Notes: generated by a model not told the origin, from the sequence alone. Positions 36,931-46,905 are shown, counted from the stretch's first letter. The stretch is 64,000 nucleotides of DNA from Alphaproteobacteria bacterium (GCA_030431375.1 JAUIIY010000002.1:143910-207909); one strand, 5' to 3'. Program-made: numbers and translations.

Positions 36931-38114
36931 GTCAGATTGAAAAGCTTTTAGAAGTATGCGATGTCAAAATCGAGAATTGGTTTGGAGAACAATATAGAAA
37001 ATATCCTAGGCTAGTCTATAGCTCAGTTGATATCAGAGACAACGGTGATATTGTAGCTCCCGTTGATACAAACCTATTTCCGGCAGGCTTCAATAATGTT
37101 CATGAAGAAGAGTTAGAAAATTGTTCTAGGCAGTTTCGCGCCTACATTGATTCACTGAAAATTTCTGTAAAAAACATATTTGTGTTATCAGAAGGTCATA
37201 CCAGAAATAAAAAATATTTTGAAAACCTAAACGCTATCAAAAGGATAATTTCACTATCGGGTTTTGAAATGACCTTTATTAGCGAAGTGCTAGATGCGCC
37301 AATGGATTTGAGTGAGCATTTTGGTATAGGATTAACATTATATCCATTTAAGATTATCGATAACATCGTTTTTGTCGGAGACTTAGCGGCTGATATTATT
37401 ATATCAAATAATGATTTTTCTGATGGTGCCAAGCTTTTCCTAGAAAATAAGATCAAACAACCAGTCATACCTGAAGTAAATCTTGGTTGGTTCAGAAGAA
37501 AGAAGTCTGAGCACTTACTTATGTATTCGGAAATAATAGGAGAATTTTGTGAGGCGTTTGATTTAGATAAGTTCTTTTTTTCCGCTGAGTTTGAGAATTG
37601 TGGTGAAATTAATTTTAAAGAAAAAAAAGGAGTAGATTGCGTTGCTAATAAGGTGGACAAATTGATTCATAAGTTAGCAAGTGAATATAAAAGGAATAAT
37701 ATATCGCAAAAACCATATATCTACGTTAAGGCTGAAAGGGGAACCTATGGTATGGGTGTGATGAGCGTCAGCCAAGGAGCAGATATATATGAAATGAACA
37801 AAAAGCTCAGAAATAAAATGGATGTAATAAAAGGTGGTGTTAAAAATTCTGAAGTTATTATACAAGAGGGAATCTCTACAAAATTGCGCTATTCTGGCAT
37901 GCCTGCTGAAATGATGGTATATCTAATAAACGGTGAACCAGTTTCGTTTATCACTAGATATCATGAGTCTAAAGACGAATTCAACAGTTTGAATTCTCCT
38001 GGGTTAAAGTTCGTAAATAATATGGGACAAACCCATCAACCGAGACAAAAAATCTACTCAATTATTGCAAAATTAGCGTCTTTAGCGGCAAGTAAGGAAA
38101 TAGGTTGTTCCTAA
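36927..38114 (+). CDS. gshA: Probable glutamate--cysteine ligase (short 'T. ferrooxidans-type' GshA family)
   Basis: 395 aa. The N-terminal YSSVDIRDNGDIVAPVDTNLFPAGFNN resembles my recollection of that family. ATGA start/stop overlap with rsmE. Needs an HMM check. Confidence 0.5.
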   Translation: MSQIEKLLEVCDVKIENWFGEQYRKYPRLVYSSVDIRDNGDIVAPVDTNLFPAGFNNVHEEELENCSRQFRAYIDSLKISVKNIFVLSEGHTRNKKYFENLNAIKRIISLSGFEMTFISEVLDAPMDLSEHFGIGLTLYPFKIIDNIVFVGDLAADIIISNNDFSDGAKLFLENKIKQPVIPEVNLGWFRRKKSEHLLMYSEIIGEFCEAFDLDKFFFSAEFENCGEINFKEKKGVDCVANKVDKLIHKLASEYKRNNISQKPYIYVKAERGTYGMGVMSVSQGADIYEMNKKLRNKMDVIKGGVKNSEVIIQEGISTKLRYSGMPAEMMVYLINGEPVSFITRYHESKDEFNSLNSPGLKFVNNMGQTHQPRQKIYSIIAKLASLAASKEIGCS

Positions 38115-38161
38115 AAACATAAATTTATGCTAAGATGCCGGTAAAATTAATCGCGTAAATT

Positions 38162-38383
38162 ATGGGAAAAGAAGAGTTAATCCAGTTTGATGGTGTAGTG
38201 AATGAGTTGCTTCCGAATGCAATGTTTAGAGTTACACTTGATAATGGGCATGAAGTTATAGCTCATACCTCTGGTAGAATAAGAAAAAATCGTATCAGGA
38301 TTCTAGTAGCTGATAAAGTTACTGTTGAGATGACACCTTATGACCTAACAAAAGCAAGAATTATTTTAAGACATAAAAAGTAG
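38162..38383 (+). CDS. infA: Translation initiation factor IF-1
   Basis: 73 aa. S1-like sequence [51 protein letters not shown]. Confidence 0.97.
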   Translation: MGKEELIQFDGVVNELLPNAMFRVTLDNGHEVIAHTSGRIRKNRIRILVADKVTVEMTPYDLTKARIILRHKK

Positions 38384-38388
38384 TTTTA

Positions 38389-39138
38389 ATGGCAGGACAC
38401 TCCAAGTTTAAGAATATTATGCACCGTAAGGGTGCTCAAGATGCTAAAAGGGCAAAAAAGTTTACAAAGCTTATTAGAGAAATCACAACAGCGGCAAGAC
38501 TGGGGCAACCTGATCCGGAGTTTAATCCAAGGTTAAGAGCAGCGATCATAACAGCGAGAGCTGAGAATTTACCTAAAGACAGAATTGACAATGCCATCAA
38601 GAAAGGGTCTTCTTCTCAAGATGGAGACAATTTTGAAGAAATTACTTATGAGTGCTACGCTTTTGGAGGTGCGGCGCTAATAATAGACTGCCTTACTGAT
38701 AATAGAAACAGAACTGCATCAGATGTGAAATCCATCATCAACAAGGCTGGAGCAACTGTTGCAGAACCAGGTAGTGTGATGTTCATGTTTGATAGAGTTG
38801 GTTATGTGCTCTACAAGAATGATCTTAACCCAGATAAAATGTTTGAGCTTGCGGTTGAAGCAGGCGCAGAGGAGTGTGATTCAGATGAAAATACGCACGA
38901 GATATATTCATCAGTTGATGGATTGAATGCTGTAAGAGATGCGCTGGAGAAAGAAATAGGACCAGCTAATGAATCCAAATTATCTTGGAAAGCCAAAAAT
39001 ATTGTGGAGATCAGCGATAAGGAAACAGCAGAGAAATTGCTGAGACTAATTGATTTGCTTGAAGATAATGATGATGTGCAGCAGGTTTCTGGGAATTTTG
39101 AGATTTCTGAAGAAGTCTATAAGCAACTAAATTCATAA
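38389..39138 (+). CDS. yebC: YebC/PmpR family DNA-binding transcriptional regulator
   Basis: 249 aa with N-terminus MAGHSKFKNIMHRKGAQDAKRAK. Sits upstream of ruvC, the conserved arrangement. Confidence 0.93.
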   Translation: MAGHSKFKNIMHRKGAQDAKRAKKFTKLIREITTAARLGQPDPEFNPRLRAAIITARAENLPKDRIDNAIKKGSSSQDGDNFEEITYECYAFGGAALIIDCLTDNRNRTASDVKSIINKAGATVAEPGSVMFMFDRVGYVLYKNDLNPDKMFELAVEAGAEECDSDENTHEIYSSVDGLNAVRDALEKEIGPANESKLSWKAKNIVEISDKETAEKLLRLIDLLEDNDDVQQVSGNFEISEEVYKQLNS

Positions 39139-39140
39139 AT

Positions 39141-39611
39141 ATGATTATAGGGATTGATCCAGGTCTTGGTAAAACTGGTTGGGCTGTCATAAGTAAGGAC
39201 GGAAATAATTTGAAATATATTTCCAGCGGAGTAATCAAAACAGAAGCTGCTTCTGCACTTCCTGACAGGATACATCATATATATCAAAATTTAGCAAATA
39301 TTATTCAGAAATTTAAACCAAATGAATTTGCAATTGAAGAAACGTTTGTAAATAAAAACCCCTTATCCTCCCTTAAGCTTGGTTATGGTAGAGCTGCTGC
39401 TATTTTGGCTGCTGCAAATTCCGGCATTGAGGTTTTTGAATATTCGGCCAAGCATGTTAAAAAGGCAATTGTTGGTGCAGGAGCCGCGGATAAGAATCAG
39501 ATTAAGTATATGGTATCGGTTTTATTGCCAAAAATAAAAATTTCCTCTGAGGATGAGGCAGATGCTGTTGCTGTTGCCATTACTCATGCTAATCGTTCTA
39601 AGAGAATATGA
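39141..39611 (+). CDS. ruvC: Holliday junction resolvase RuvC
   Basis: 156 aa. Motifs IIGIDPGLGKTGWAVI, EETFVNKNP and DEADAVAVAITHA. Confidence 0.94.
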   Translation: MIIGIDPGLGKTGWAVISKDGNNLKYISSGVIKTEAASALPDRIHHIYQNLANIIQKFKPNEFAIEETFVNKNPLSSLKLGYGRAAAILAAANSGIEVFEYSAKHVKKAIVGAGAADKNQIKYMVSVLLPKIKISSEDEADAVAVAITHANRSKRI

Positions 39612-39898
39612 AAGAAAAAATCCAAAAGAAGCTAAGAGCTAGTTTGAACTGTGTAGAGATAAAAGTGACAGATGTCAGCCATTTACATCAGGGGCATAGC
39701 GGATGGAGAGAAGGTGGGGAAACCCATTTTAATTTATTCCTAGTTAGCGATATTTTTAATCAGAAATCGAGACTCGAAAGACATAAGTTTGTGCTGAATA
39801 TTTTAGAGGAATATATGAAAAGTTCCATTCACGCTTTGTCAATGAAATTGCTTACTCCTGATGAATTCAAAAAGATTAGCACAAATTCAAAGAAGTAG
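39608..39898 (+). CDS. BolA family protein (second copy)
   Basis: 96 aa. Motifs DVSHLHQGHSG and RHKFVLNILEEYM..IHALSMKLLTPDE. ATGA overlap with ruvC. Confidence 0.8.
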   Translation: MKEKIQKKLRASLNCVEIKVTDVSHLHQGHSGWREGGETHFNLFLVSDIFNQKSRLERHKFVLNILEEYMKSSIHALSMKLLTPDEFKKISTNSKK

Positions 39899-40518
39899 CA
39901 TTTTCTATCTTCCAGATTTGCTTTCATTTGATAATGCGTTATGACGTTATCGTCGAAACTTTTGTGAAAGTCTCTTGTTAAATCCCATTCAAAATCACTG
40001 TTTTGGTCAAAAGTAAGTAATATTGATTTTGCATAGTCTGCATCATCTGTTGCTGTGCATATTACTCCTTTTTCTTTTAATTTATATTTCAGCTTATTCA
40101 GAAGATACTCGTTTATGATACGGCGTTTCTTTTGTTTCTTTTTGGGCCACGGATCAGGGAATAAAATAAAAACTTTATCAAAAATTCTGTCAGGCAGATC
40201 TTCAAGTAACAACCTCACATCATCATTCCAAATATAGACATTATCTATTTTGTTTTCTGTGATTTTCTCGAGTAATTTAGCTACTCCATTTATATAAGGC
40301 TCACATGCTATATATTTTATATGAGGATTTTTTACAGCCTGTGAATATATAAAATCTCCATGGCCAGAGCCTATTTCAAGCACGTAGCTATTATTTTTAT
40401 CTATAATATGATTTTTTATATTGTAGTTTCCAAATTCTTTTTCAATAAGCTCTTGGTGAGTTTTTGATAAAGACTTACCTACTCTTCTAGCAAATGAGTT
40501 AAGAAATTCTTGCTGCAT
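39829..40518 (-). CDS. trmB: tRNA (guanine46-N7)-methyltransferase TrmB
   Basis: 229 aa. SAM motif LEIGSGHGDF and FPDPWPKKKQKKRR. The non-conserved C-terminal tail overlaps the bolA-like 3' end by 70 nt. Confidence 0.9.
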   Translation of the reverse strand: MQQEFLNSFARRVGKSLSKTHQELIEKEFGNYNIKNHIIDKNNSYVLEIGSGHGDFIYSQAVKNPHIKYIACEPYINGVAKLLEKITENKIDNVYIWNDDVRLLLEDLPDRIFDKVFILFPDPWPKKKQKKRRIINEYLLNKLKYKLKEKGVICTATDDADYAKSILLTFDQNSDFEWDLTRDFHKSFDDNVITHYQMKANLEDRKCYFFEFVLIFLNSSGVSNFIDKA

Positions 40519-40526
40519 TTATTTTA

Positions 40527-42038
40527 CTAATTTTTATCTCTGAACCAAGAGGTGATAATAAGTTTTGTCAATGTGATAGCAGTAAACATTGATGATAAAA
40601 TACCGATAGTCAATGTCACTGAGAAGCTTTTTACCACACCTGTTCCGAAAATATACAAGAAGAATGCAGCGATCAGGGTTGTGATATTTGAGTCAAGAAT
40701 AGTAGCGAAAGCTTGAGAAAAACCTCGTTCAATTGCATAGGACCTAGACGCTTTTATCTTCATCTCCTCTGCTATTCTCTCAAATATTAGTACATTAGCA
40801 TCGACGGCCATACCCATTGTAAGTACTATACCAGCAATACCTGGTAATGTCAGGGTTGCTTGCAAAATGGTAATGGCTGCGATTAAGAGTAATAAGTTGA
40901 AAATTAGAGCAATACTAGCAAACACACCATTTGTGCCGTATAGAAGCACCATAAAGACTACTACTGCTATTATAGCTATTATGGAGGCTTTCTTGCCCAA
41001 TTCAATCGAATCCTGTCCTAATGTAGGTCCCACTGTTCTTTCTTCAATGATTTTCAGTGGAGCAGGTAGTGCGCCAGCTCTTAGTAAAAGAGCCAATTCA
41101 TTGGCTGTGCTCGCTGTAAAATTACCTTGTATAATTCCGCTGCCACCTAAAATCGGCTCATTTATGGTAGGCGCGCTTACAACTTTATTATCCAAAACTA
41201 TTGCTAATCTTTTTCCTGGGTTATTCCTTGTAACATCACCAAATAATTTTGCTCCGACCCTGTTAAATTCAAATGCAACAACATGTGAGCCATTATTAAT
41301 TTGTGCTTTTGCATTATTTAGCAAATCTCCACTGAGAAGTACCCTATTAAAAACAAGATATTTGTAATTTGGATCGTTAGAGGACCCCATTATACTACTG
41401 CCAATGGGTGCAATATTATTGTAAGGGGTTTCATTTATAAGGTGAAAAGTCATTTTGGCTGTCTTACCAAGAACACGCTTTATTTCTTCAGGGTCTTGCA
41501 AGCCAGGTATTTGCAGTAAGATGTTATTTTTTCCTTGCCTTTGTATCGAAGGGTCAAGAGTCCCCGATTCATCAATACGCATACGAATAATTTCACGAGA
41601 TTGGTCTATCAGATCTTTCTGAAGATTATCAATATGGTCGTCTGAGTAGGATAATTTTACCAATTGGCCGCTATCCAACTCTATCCGTAGATTCCTATCG
41701 GTATTTTTAATGATCTTTTTGACCTTGTCAAAATCAGCTTCATTTTTTAACTTAAAGCTTACATATTGGGTTTTGTTTTTTAGCTTCAAATACCCAATTT
41801 TATTTTTTCTGAGTTCTTTTCTTACCAACTCCACAACAGTATTTAGCTGATCTTTAAGATAAGTCTCAAAATCTACCTTGATTAATAGATGGCTCCCTCC
41901 TCTTAAATCAAGGCCATAATTTATTTTCTGCTTAGGTAGAAAGCTTATATCACTACCAAGAAAATTAGGCGCAGAGACATAAAGCGCCAAAATACAAGTA
42001 AGTAGTGTGATAAAGGTTTTCCACCTAGGAAGCTTCAT
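40527..42038 (-). CDS. secD: Protein translocase subunit SecD
   Basis: 503 aa. N-terminal TM, a large periplasmic domain (YGLDLRGGSHLL), and a C-terminal 5-TM block (LTLPGIAGIVLTMGMAVDANVLIFERI). Sits downstream of yajC. No secF is adjacent. Confidence 0.93.
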   Translation of the reverse strand: MKLPRWKTFITLLTCILALYVSAPNFLGSDISFLPKQKINYGLDLRGGSHLLIKVDFETYLKDQLNTVVELVRKELRKNKIGYLKLKNKTQYVSFKLKNEADFDKVKKIIKNTDRNLRIELDSGQLVKLSYSDDHIDNLQKDLIDQSREIIRMRIDESGTLDPSIQRQGKNNILLQIPGLQDPEEIKRVLGKTAKMTFHLINETPYNNIAPIGSSIMGSSNDPNYKYLVFNRVLLSGDLLNNAKAQINNGSHVVAFEFNRVGAKLFGDVTRNNPGKRLAIVLDNKVVSAPTINEPILGGSGIIQGNFTASTANELALLLRAGALPAPLKIIEERTVGPTLGQDSIELGKKASIIAIIAVVVFMVLLYGTNGVFASIALIFNLLLLIAAITILQATLTLPGIAGIVLTMGMAVDANVLIFERIAEEMKIKASRSYAIERGFSQAFATILDSNITTLIAAFFLYIFGTGVVKSFSVTLTIGILSSMFTAITLTKLIITSWFRDKN

Positions 42039-42042
42039 TTCT

Positions 42043-42369
42043 CTATTTCTTTTTTGTCGTTTTTTCTTGAGAAAGTGATGTTATAGTTGATTTCAAAGCC
42101 TGAATTTGTACAGATTTTGCTATTTCAACTTCTACCATTTCATCTTCAGAAATCTTGCTGATTTTACCTACGATTCCTCCAGCAATAATGACTTTATCGC
42201 CCTTTTTAAGAGAGTTAATTAATAGCTGTTGCTCTTTTTGTTTTTTGGTTTGAGGCCTGATGATAAAGAAATAAAATATAATAAAAATCAGAATTAATGG
42301 CACAAAGCTCGCTATAGAACTCTGAGGGGCTTGTTCAGCTGCTTCTGCAGCCCATGCGTAACTAATCAT
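42043..42369 (-). CDS. yajC: Preprotein translocase subunit YajC
   Basis: 108 aa. Single TM followed by RPQTKKQKEQQLLINSLKKGDKVIIAGGIVGKI. Confidence 0.92.
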   Translation of the reverse strand: MISYAWAAEAAEQAPQSSIASFVPLILIFIIFYFFIIRPQTKKQKEQQLLINSLKKGDKVIIAGGIVGKISKISEDEMVEVEIAKSVQIQALKSTITSLSQEKTTKKK

Positions 42370-42384
42370 TTTTTACCGTTTAAT

Positions 42385-44151
42385 TTAGTTAGATTCTTTC
42401 TGTCTATTATATAAACTATAATATTGCGATTTTCTAGACATTAATTGCTCGTGTGTTCCTTCTTCAGCAATTTTTCCTTTTTCTAGAACAAAAATCTTAT
42501 CAGCATCTTGTATAGTTGACAATCTGTGAGCTATTACAATAATAGTATGCTTTTTTCTTAAGTTTTCTATTGATTCTTTAATTTTAAATTCAGAAATTTG
42601 ATCAAGAGACGATGTGGCTTCATCGAAGACTAAAATTGGGCTGTTTTTTAGAATCGCCCTTGCAATGCATATTCTTTGCCTTTGTCCACCGGATAACTTC
42701 AAACCAAATTGACCTGCATCTGTTTCATATTTATTTGGTAACTTCGAAATAAATTCGTGTGCAGCAGCTATTTTTGCTGCATTTTCTATATCTTTATCTG
42801 TTGCTTTTGGATTTCCGTATCTAATATTTTCCTTGATAGTATTTTCGAATATCATCACGTCTTGACTAACCAGAGAAATGGATTGACGCACTGATTTATT
42901 ATCAAATTTGCTGATATCTTGGTTATCAATTTTAATAGTGCCGCTGGAAGGTTTAAAAAATTTAAGCAATAAATCCACTAAGGTAGATTTCCCACTTCCT
43001 GAGGCTCCAACGATGGCAACGAACTGTCCGCTTGGTATGGTGAGGGATAAATTTTTGATTGTTTCATGTGAATCATCATGGGCAAAACATACATTCTCAA
43101 ACTCAATTACACCTTGCTTTACATGTAGTTTTTTTAGATTCTTATTGTCAGATTCAATATCGAAATTCGTATCTAAAATCTTAAATACTCTTTTGGCTGA
43201 AGCTATTCCAGATTGAATAGTAACATTTATATCTGCTAAGCTCTTAAGAGGTTTATATAAACTAAGGAGAGCTGCAATAAATGAGAAGAAACTACCTGCA
43301 CTTGTTTCACCGTTTAAGACTTGTATACCGCCATACCATATTACTGCTGCAAATGCTAATCCTCCCAGTAATTCCATTAAAGGTGAAGTTAAGGAATCAG
43401 TCCTAATTGCTTTTGCGTAATATTGAAGTATTTGATTTAGGACTTTATTGGTAAAACGAATCTCTCTTTCTTCAGCAGTAAATGATTTAACAGCTCTTAT
43501 ATTGCGAAAAACTTCATCTAATTTACTAGTATAAGTACCTAATTCTTCCTGGGTTTTTCCTGAAACTTTCCTCATTCTTTTGCCCATTCTCATTATAGGT
43601 ATAACCGCTAAAGGAAAAATAAACAGCGTAATGAATGACAAAGTTACATCATTTGTAAACATCACACAAATTAGGAAAATAGCAGTTAAAGATTCCTTTG
43701 TAATGTTAGTAACTATGTTTGCTACGGAATTTCTGAGGTTAGTAATATCATTGGTAAATCTAGAGATCAGGTTGCCTGAGGAGTGAGATTTTAAAAAATT
43801 TATGTCTGCATATATAAGATGTTTATATAGCTGCAGTTGCATGTCATTTACTATAGATTGCCCAATAAATTTAATCAGAAAATTTTGATAATATGCTGCT
43901 ATCCCTTTAACAAGTGCAATCAAGAAAATTATGAAAGGGATAAAAACAAGAAGTTCATGATTTTTGTCTATGAATATACCGTCCAGAGCGGGTTTTATTA
44001 ACCATACATGGAATGCACTCGTAACAGCAACTATTACCATTAAAATCAACGAAAAAAATAACTTCTGGGAATAGTGGCTTAGATAGTCCTTAAGGATGCG
44101 TTTTATGATTTTCTTCGCTCCGAGAACTTCCTTTTCATCCTCTAATTGCAT
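42385..44151 (-). CDS. msbA: ABC transporter, fused permease/ATPase (MsbA-like lipid/multidrug exporter)
   Basis: 588 aa. A 6-TM exporter domain, then Walker A GASGSGKST, signature LSGGQRQRICIAR, and Walker B LVFDEATSSLD. The substrate is not determinable from sequence. Confidence 0.7.
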   Translation of the reverse strand: MQLEDEKEVLGAKKIIKRILKDYLSHYSQKLFFSLILMVIVAVTSAFHVWLIKPALDGIFIDKNHELLVFIPFIIFLIALVKGIAAYYQNFLIKFIGQSIVNDMQLQLYKHLIYADINFLKSHSSGNLISRFTNDITNLRNSVANIVTNITKESLTAIFLICVMFTNDVTLSFITLFIFPLAVIPIMRMGKRMRKVSGKTQEELGTYTSKLDEVFRNIRAVKSFTAEEREIRFTNKVLNQILQYYAKAIRTDSLTSPLMELLGGLAFAAVIWYGGIQVLNGETSAGSFFSFIAALLSLYKPLKSLADINVTIQSGIASAKRVFKILDTNFDIESDNKNLKKLHVKQGVIEFENVCFAHDDSHETIKNLSLTIPSGQFVAIVGASGSGKSTLVDLLLKFFKPSSGTIKIDNQDISKFDNKSVRQSISLVSQDVMIFENTIKENIRYGNPKATDKDIENAAKIAAAHEFISKLPNKYETDAGQFGLKLSGGQRQRICIARAILKNSPILVFDEATSSLDQISEFKIKESIENLRKKHTIIVIAHRLSTIQDADKIFVLEKGKIAEEGTHEQLMSRKSQYYSLYNRQKESN

Positions 44152-44163
44152 AAAGCCCTAAAA

Positions 44164-44880
44164 TTATTTGTCAAAATCCAAACAATATCCAACTGATCGA
44201 ACAGTTTTAATAAAGGGAACTTCTTCATTTGGAAGTTTTAAGGCAGATCTTAGCCGATTAACGTGAACGTCTATCGTTCTCATCTCGACATTTGCGTTAT
44301 TGCCCCAAACATATCTCATAATATCGTCACGTGAATATATCTTGTTAGGCTTTTCAATAAGACATTGAAGAATTTTGAATTCAGTTGGGCCAAGATGTAT
44401 TTCTCTGTTATTGCGTGACACCTTAAATGATGCTAAATCCATTTTTAAATCTTTGTAAGCTAATATCCTTGAAGCCAGAGAAGGCTTGTGTCTTCCAAGA
44501 ATCGATTTTACTTTTTGTACCAAAGAGCTTTGTGAAAAAGGTTTCATAATGAAATCATCAAAGCTATTTTCTAGGTTCTTTACTTCTAATATTTTCTTTA
44601 TATTTTCTGATATCATCAAAACAAGAGTGCTTTTTAATGCCTCTTTAGTTTTGATGATTGTGCATACTTCGATGCCACTTAAATCTGGCAGCTCATCTCT
44701 TAAAATAACCAAGGTAGGTTTTTTATAATTTGGGAGTCTATCAAATAAACCAGAAGCTTCTGCCCATTTTGAAGCAGTTAGAACATTAAATCCGCTTCTT
44801 TCTAAACTATTTGAGATGTTCGTTCTTAGGACCACATCAGGGTCTAGAACTAAAATGGTTGGCGGTAGATGGTTCAACAT
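44164..44880 (-). CDS. OmpR/PhoB-family winged-helix regulator with a non-canonical receiver domain
   Basis: 238 aa. The C-terminal winged helix (VHVNRLRSALK, IKTVRSVGY) and receiver Ser/Lys (LMISEN, IMKPF) are present. The position aligned to the phospho-acceptor Asp is Arg61 (LVILRDELPDLSG versus PhoB LILLDWMLPGGSG). Sits directly downstream of pstB. Confidence 0.8.
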   Translation of the reverse strand: MLNHLPPTILVLDPDVVLRTNISNSLERSGFNVLTASKWAEASGLFDRLPNYKKPTLVILRDELPDLSGIEVCTIIKTKEALKSTLVLMISENIKKILEVKNLENSFDDFIMKPFSQSSLVQKVKSILGRHKPSLASRILAYKDLKMDLASFKVSRNNREIHLGPTEFKILQCLIEKPNKIYSRDDIMRYVWGNNANVEMRTIDVHVNRLRSALKLPNEEVPFIKTVRSVGYCLDFDK

Positions 44881-44949
44881 ATTCTCATTCGCAAATTTGT
44901 TAGGTTTTCGTGAAGAATATCACTTTTAATAAATATGTAAATATATTAA

Positions 44950-45711
44950 TTAATCAAATCTTCCAGTAATATAGTCTTGAGTTTTCTTAGATTGGGGTGC
45001 AGTAAATATTTTATCTGTTCTTCCTGCCTCTATTACTCGGCCCTTATCTAAAAAAATTGTTTGTTGCGATACACGTGCAGCTTGGCCCATGGAATGGGTT
45101 ACAATTATTATGGTGAAATTCACTCTCAGTTCGTCTATTAGTTTTTCTATTTTTGCTGTGGCTATAGGATCAAGGGCCGAACATGGCTCATCCATTAAAA
45201 TAATTTTAGGATTAATAGCAATAGTCCTTGCTATGCAAAGACGTTGTTGTTGACCTCCAGACAATTCTAAAGCTGAAACTTCCAGCCTGTCTTTCACTTC
45301 ATTCCATAGGCCTGATTTTTGCAAACTTGAGGTTACAATATTGTCGAGATCAGCTTTGTCATCATATATACCGTGAAGTCTAGGGCCATATGCAACATTA
45401 TCATATATTGACATAGGAAAAGGATTAGGTTTTTGAAATACCATTCCTATTTTTGTCCGCAGCGATACCAAATCCACAGAAGAATGGTTTATGTTTTTTC
45501 CTTCAAACATAATTTTTCCTGAGACTTTTAGATCATCGATAGTATCATTTATTCGATTAAAACAGCGCAAAAGAGAAGATTTTCCGCACCCAGAAGGACC
45601 AATTAAGGCTGAAACAGAATTTCTACTGAAATCCAAATTAATATCAAACAGAGCTTGTTTTGCTCCATAAAAAAGATTTAGGTTATATACTGAAATTGCG
45701 TTTTTTGTCAT
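44950..45711 (-). CDS. pstB: Phosphate ABC transporter ATP-binding protein PstB
   Basis: 253 aa. Motifs [22 protein letters not shown] and [12 protein letters not shown], plus the PstB-typical C-terminus [10 protein letters not shown]. Confidence 0.95.
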   Translation of the reverse strand: MTKNAISVYNLNLFYGAKQALFDINLDFSRNSVSALIGPSGCGKSSLLRCFNRINDTIDDLKVSGKIMFEGKNINHSSVDLVSLRTKIGMVFQKPNPFPMSIYDNVAYGPRLHGIYDDKADLDNIVTSSLQKSGLWNEVKDRLEVSALELSGGQQQRLCIARTIAINPKIILMDEPCSALDPIATAKIEKLIDELRVNFTIIIVTHSMGQAARVSQQTIFLDKGRVIEAGRTDKIFTAPQSKKTQDYITGRFD

Positions 45712-46905
45712 TTATTTTTGTACTTTCTTCTGGAAGAGACCGGATATAATATTAAAAATAGCAATAATTAATAATAATAACAATATAGCTAAAGAAGCTT
45801 TTTGTGAAAATTCAGGATCTGGGTTATTTGTCCAAGTATATATTTGAACGGGCATGGTTGTGGCAGGATCAGTGATGGTGTGTGGTGGAGCTGTTATAAA
45901 TGCAATCATTCCTATCATTAAAAGAGGTGCCGTTTCTCCTATAACCCGAGAAGTTGCAATAACCGTGCCTGTTATAATTGAGTTAATAGACATAGGGATG
46001 ACGTGTTTAAGAATAACTTGCATTTTGGACGCACCAAGTGCAAACGCTGCATTTATTGTGTTTTGATCAAGGGAGTTGATAGTCTTGTCCGTCAAAACAA
46101 AAATAATTGGTATTGCTAGCATAGAGAGTGTAAGTGCACCTGCAAGAGATGAAGATCTTGGAATATCCAAAATATTAATAAAAAGATATAAGCCGATGAT
46201 CCCATATATGATAGATGGTATAGATGCTAAATTTGCTATTTTGGTTTTTAGCAAAATTTCCAAAAACTTTGGTTTGACATAAAAATTGGTAAAAATGGCC
46301 AAAATTATGCCGACAGGTATAGATATCAGAATACATAAACTTACAGTTAATAATGAACCTATTAAAGCTTGGTAGATACCGGCCATTTGAGGGTCGCTAG
46401 AGTCTGGGTTGATAAAGAAGCCCCAATTGATTGATTTTCTTATTAATCCAAAATCTAGCAATCTATTGATAAATTCAGTTAAGTTTTTATTTACGAATAC
46501 AGCCCTATCTTCTGATTGGTCAGTCAAATAATTTTTTAGCTTTTGAGAAACTGTCACCCAGTTTTTATTTGTTTGCTTTTCAACTTTAGAATTCGCATGG
46601 TAATCAAGTAATGCATTATAATTAACGATGTATTTTACGTCGTCAAAAGTGAAGTTGGGGTCAATTTTCTTATAAATACCTACAAATTCTTTTTTATAAT
46701 TGGCCAATTTACTTCTTGTATCTAGGTTTTCACCTATAGAAATATGACCATTATCATATGGTAGCTTTACTTCATAGTTTGTTAGAGCTTGGTAGCCATT
46801 TAGAATAAGTGAGAATAAAAAAAAGAACAGAAAAGCCAGGCACAACATCGTGCTAGTAAAACATATAAAATGAAAAAATCTGTCTATGAGTATTCTTTTA
46901 TTCAT
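45712..46905 (-). CDS. pstA: Phosphate ABC transporter permease PstA (long form)
   Basis: 397 aa. Carries the EAA-type motif (ALGASKMQVILKHVIP) and SRVIGETAPLLMIG. The stop abuts the pstB start. Confidence 0.88.
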   Translation of the reverse strand: MNKRILIDRFFHFICFTSTMLCLAFLFFFLFSLILNGYQALTNYEVKLPYDNGHISIGENLDTRSKLANYKKEFVGIYKKIDPNFTFDDVKYIVNYNALLDYHANSKVEKQTNKNWVTVSQKLKNYLTDQSEDRAVFVNKNLTEFINRLLDFGLIRKSINWGFFINPDSSDPQMAGIYQALIGSLLTVSLCILISIPVGIILAIFTNFYVKPKFLEILLKTKIANLASIPSIIYGIIGLYLFINILDIPRSSSLAGALTLSMLAIPIIFVLTDKTINSLDQNTINAAFALGASKMQVILKHVIPMSINSIITGTVIATSRVIGETAPLLMIGMIAFITAPPHTITDPATTMPVQIYTWTNNPDPEFSQKASLAILLLLLIIAIFNIISGLFQKKVQK

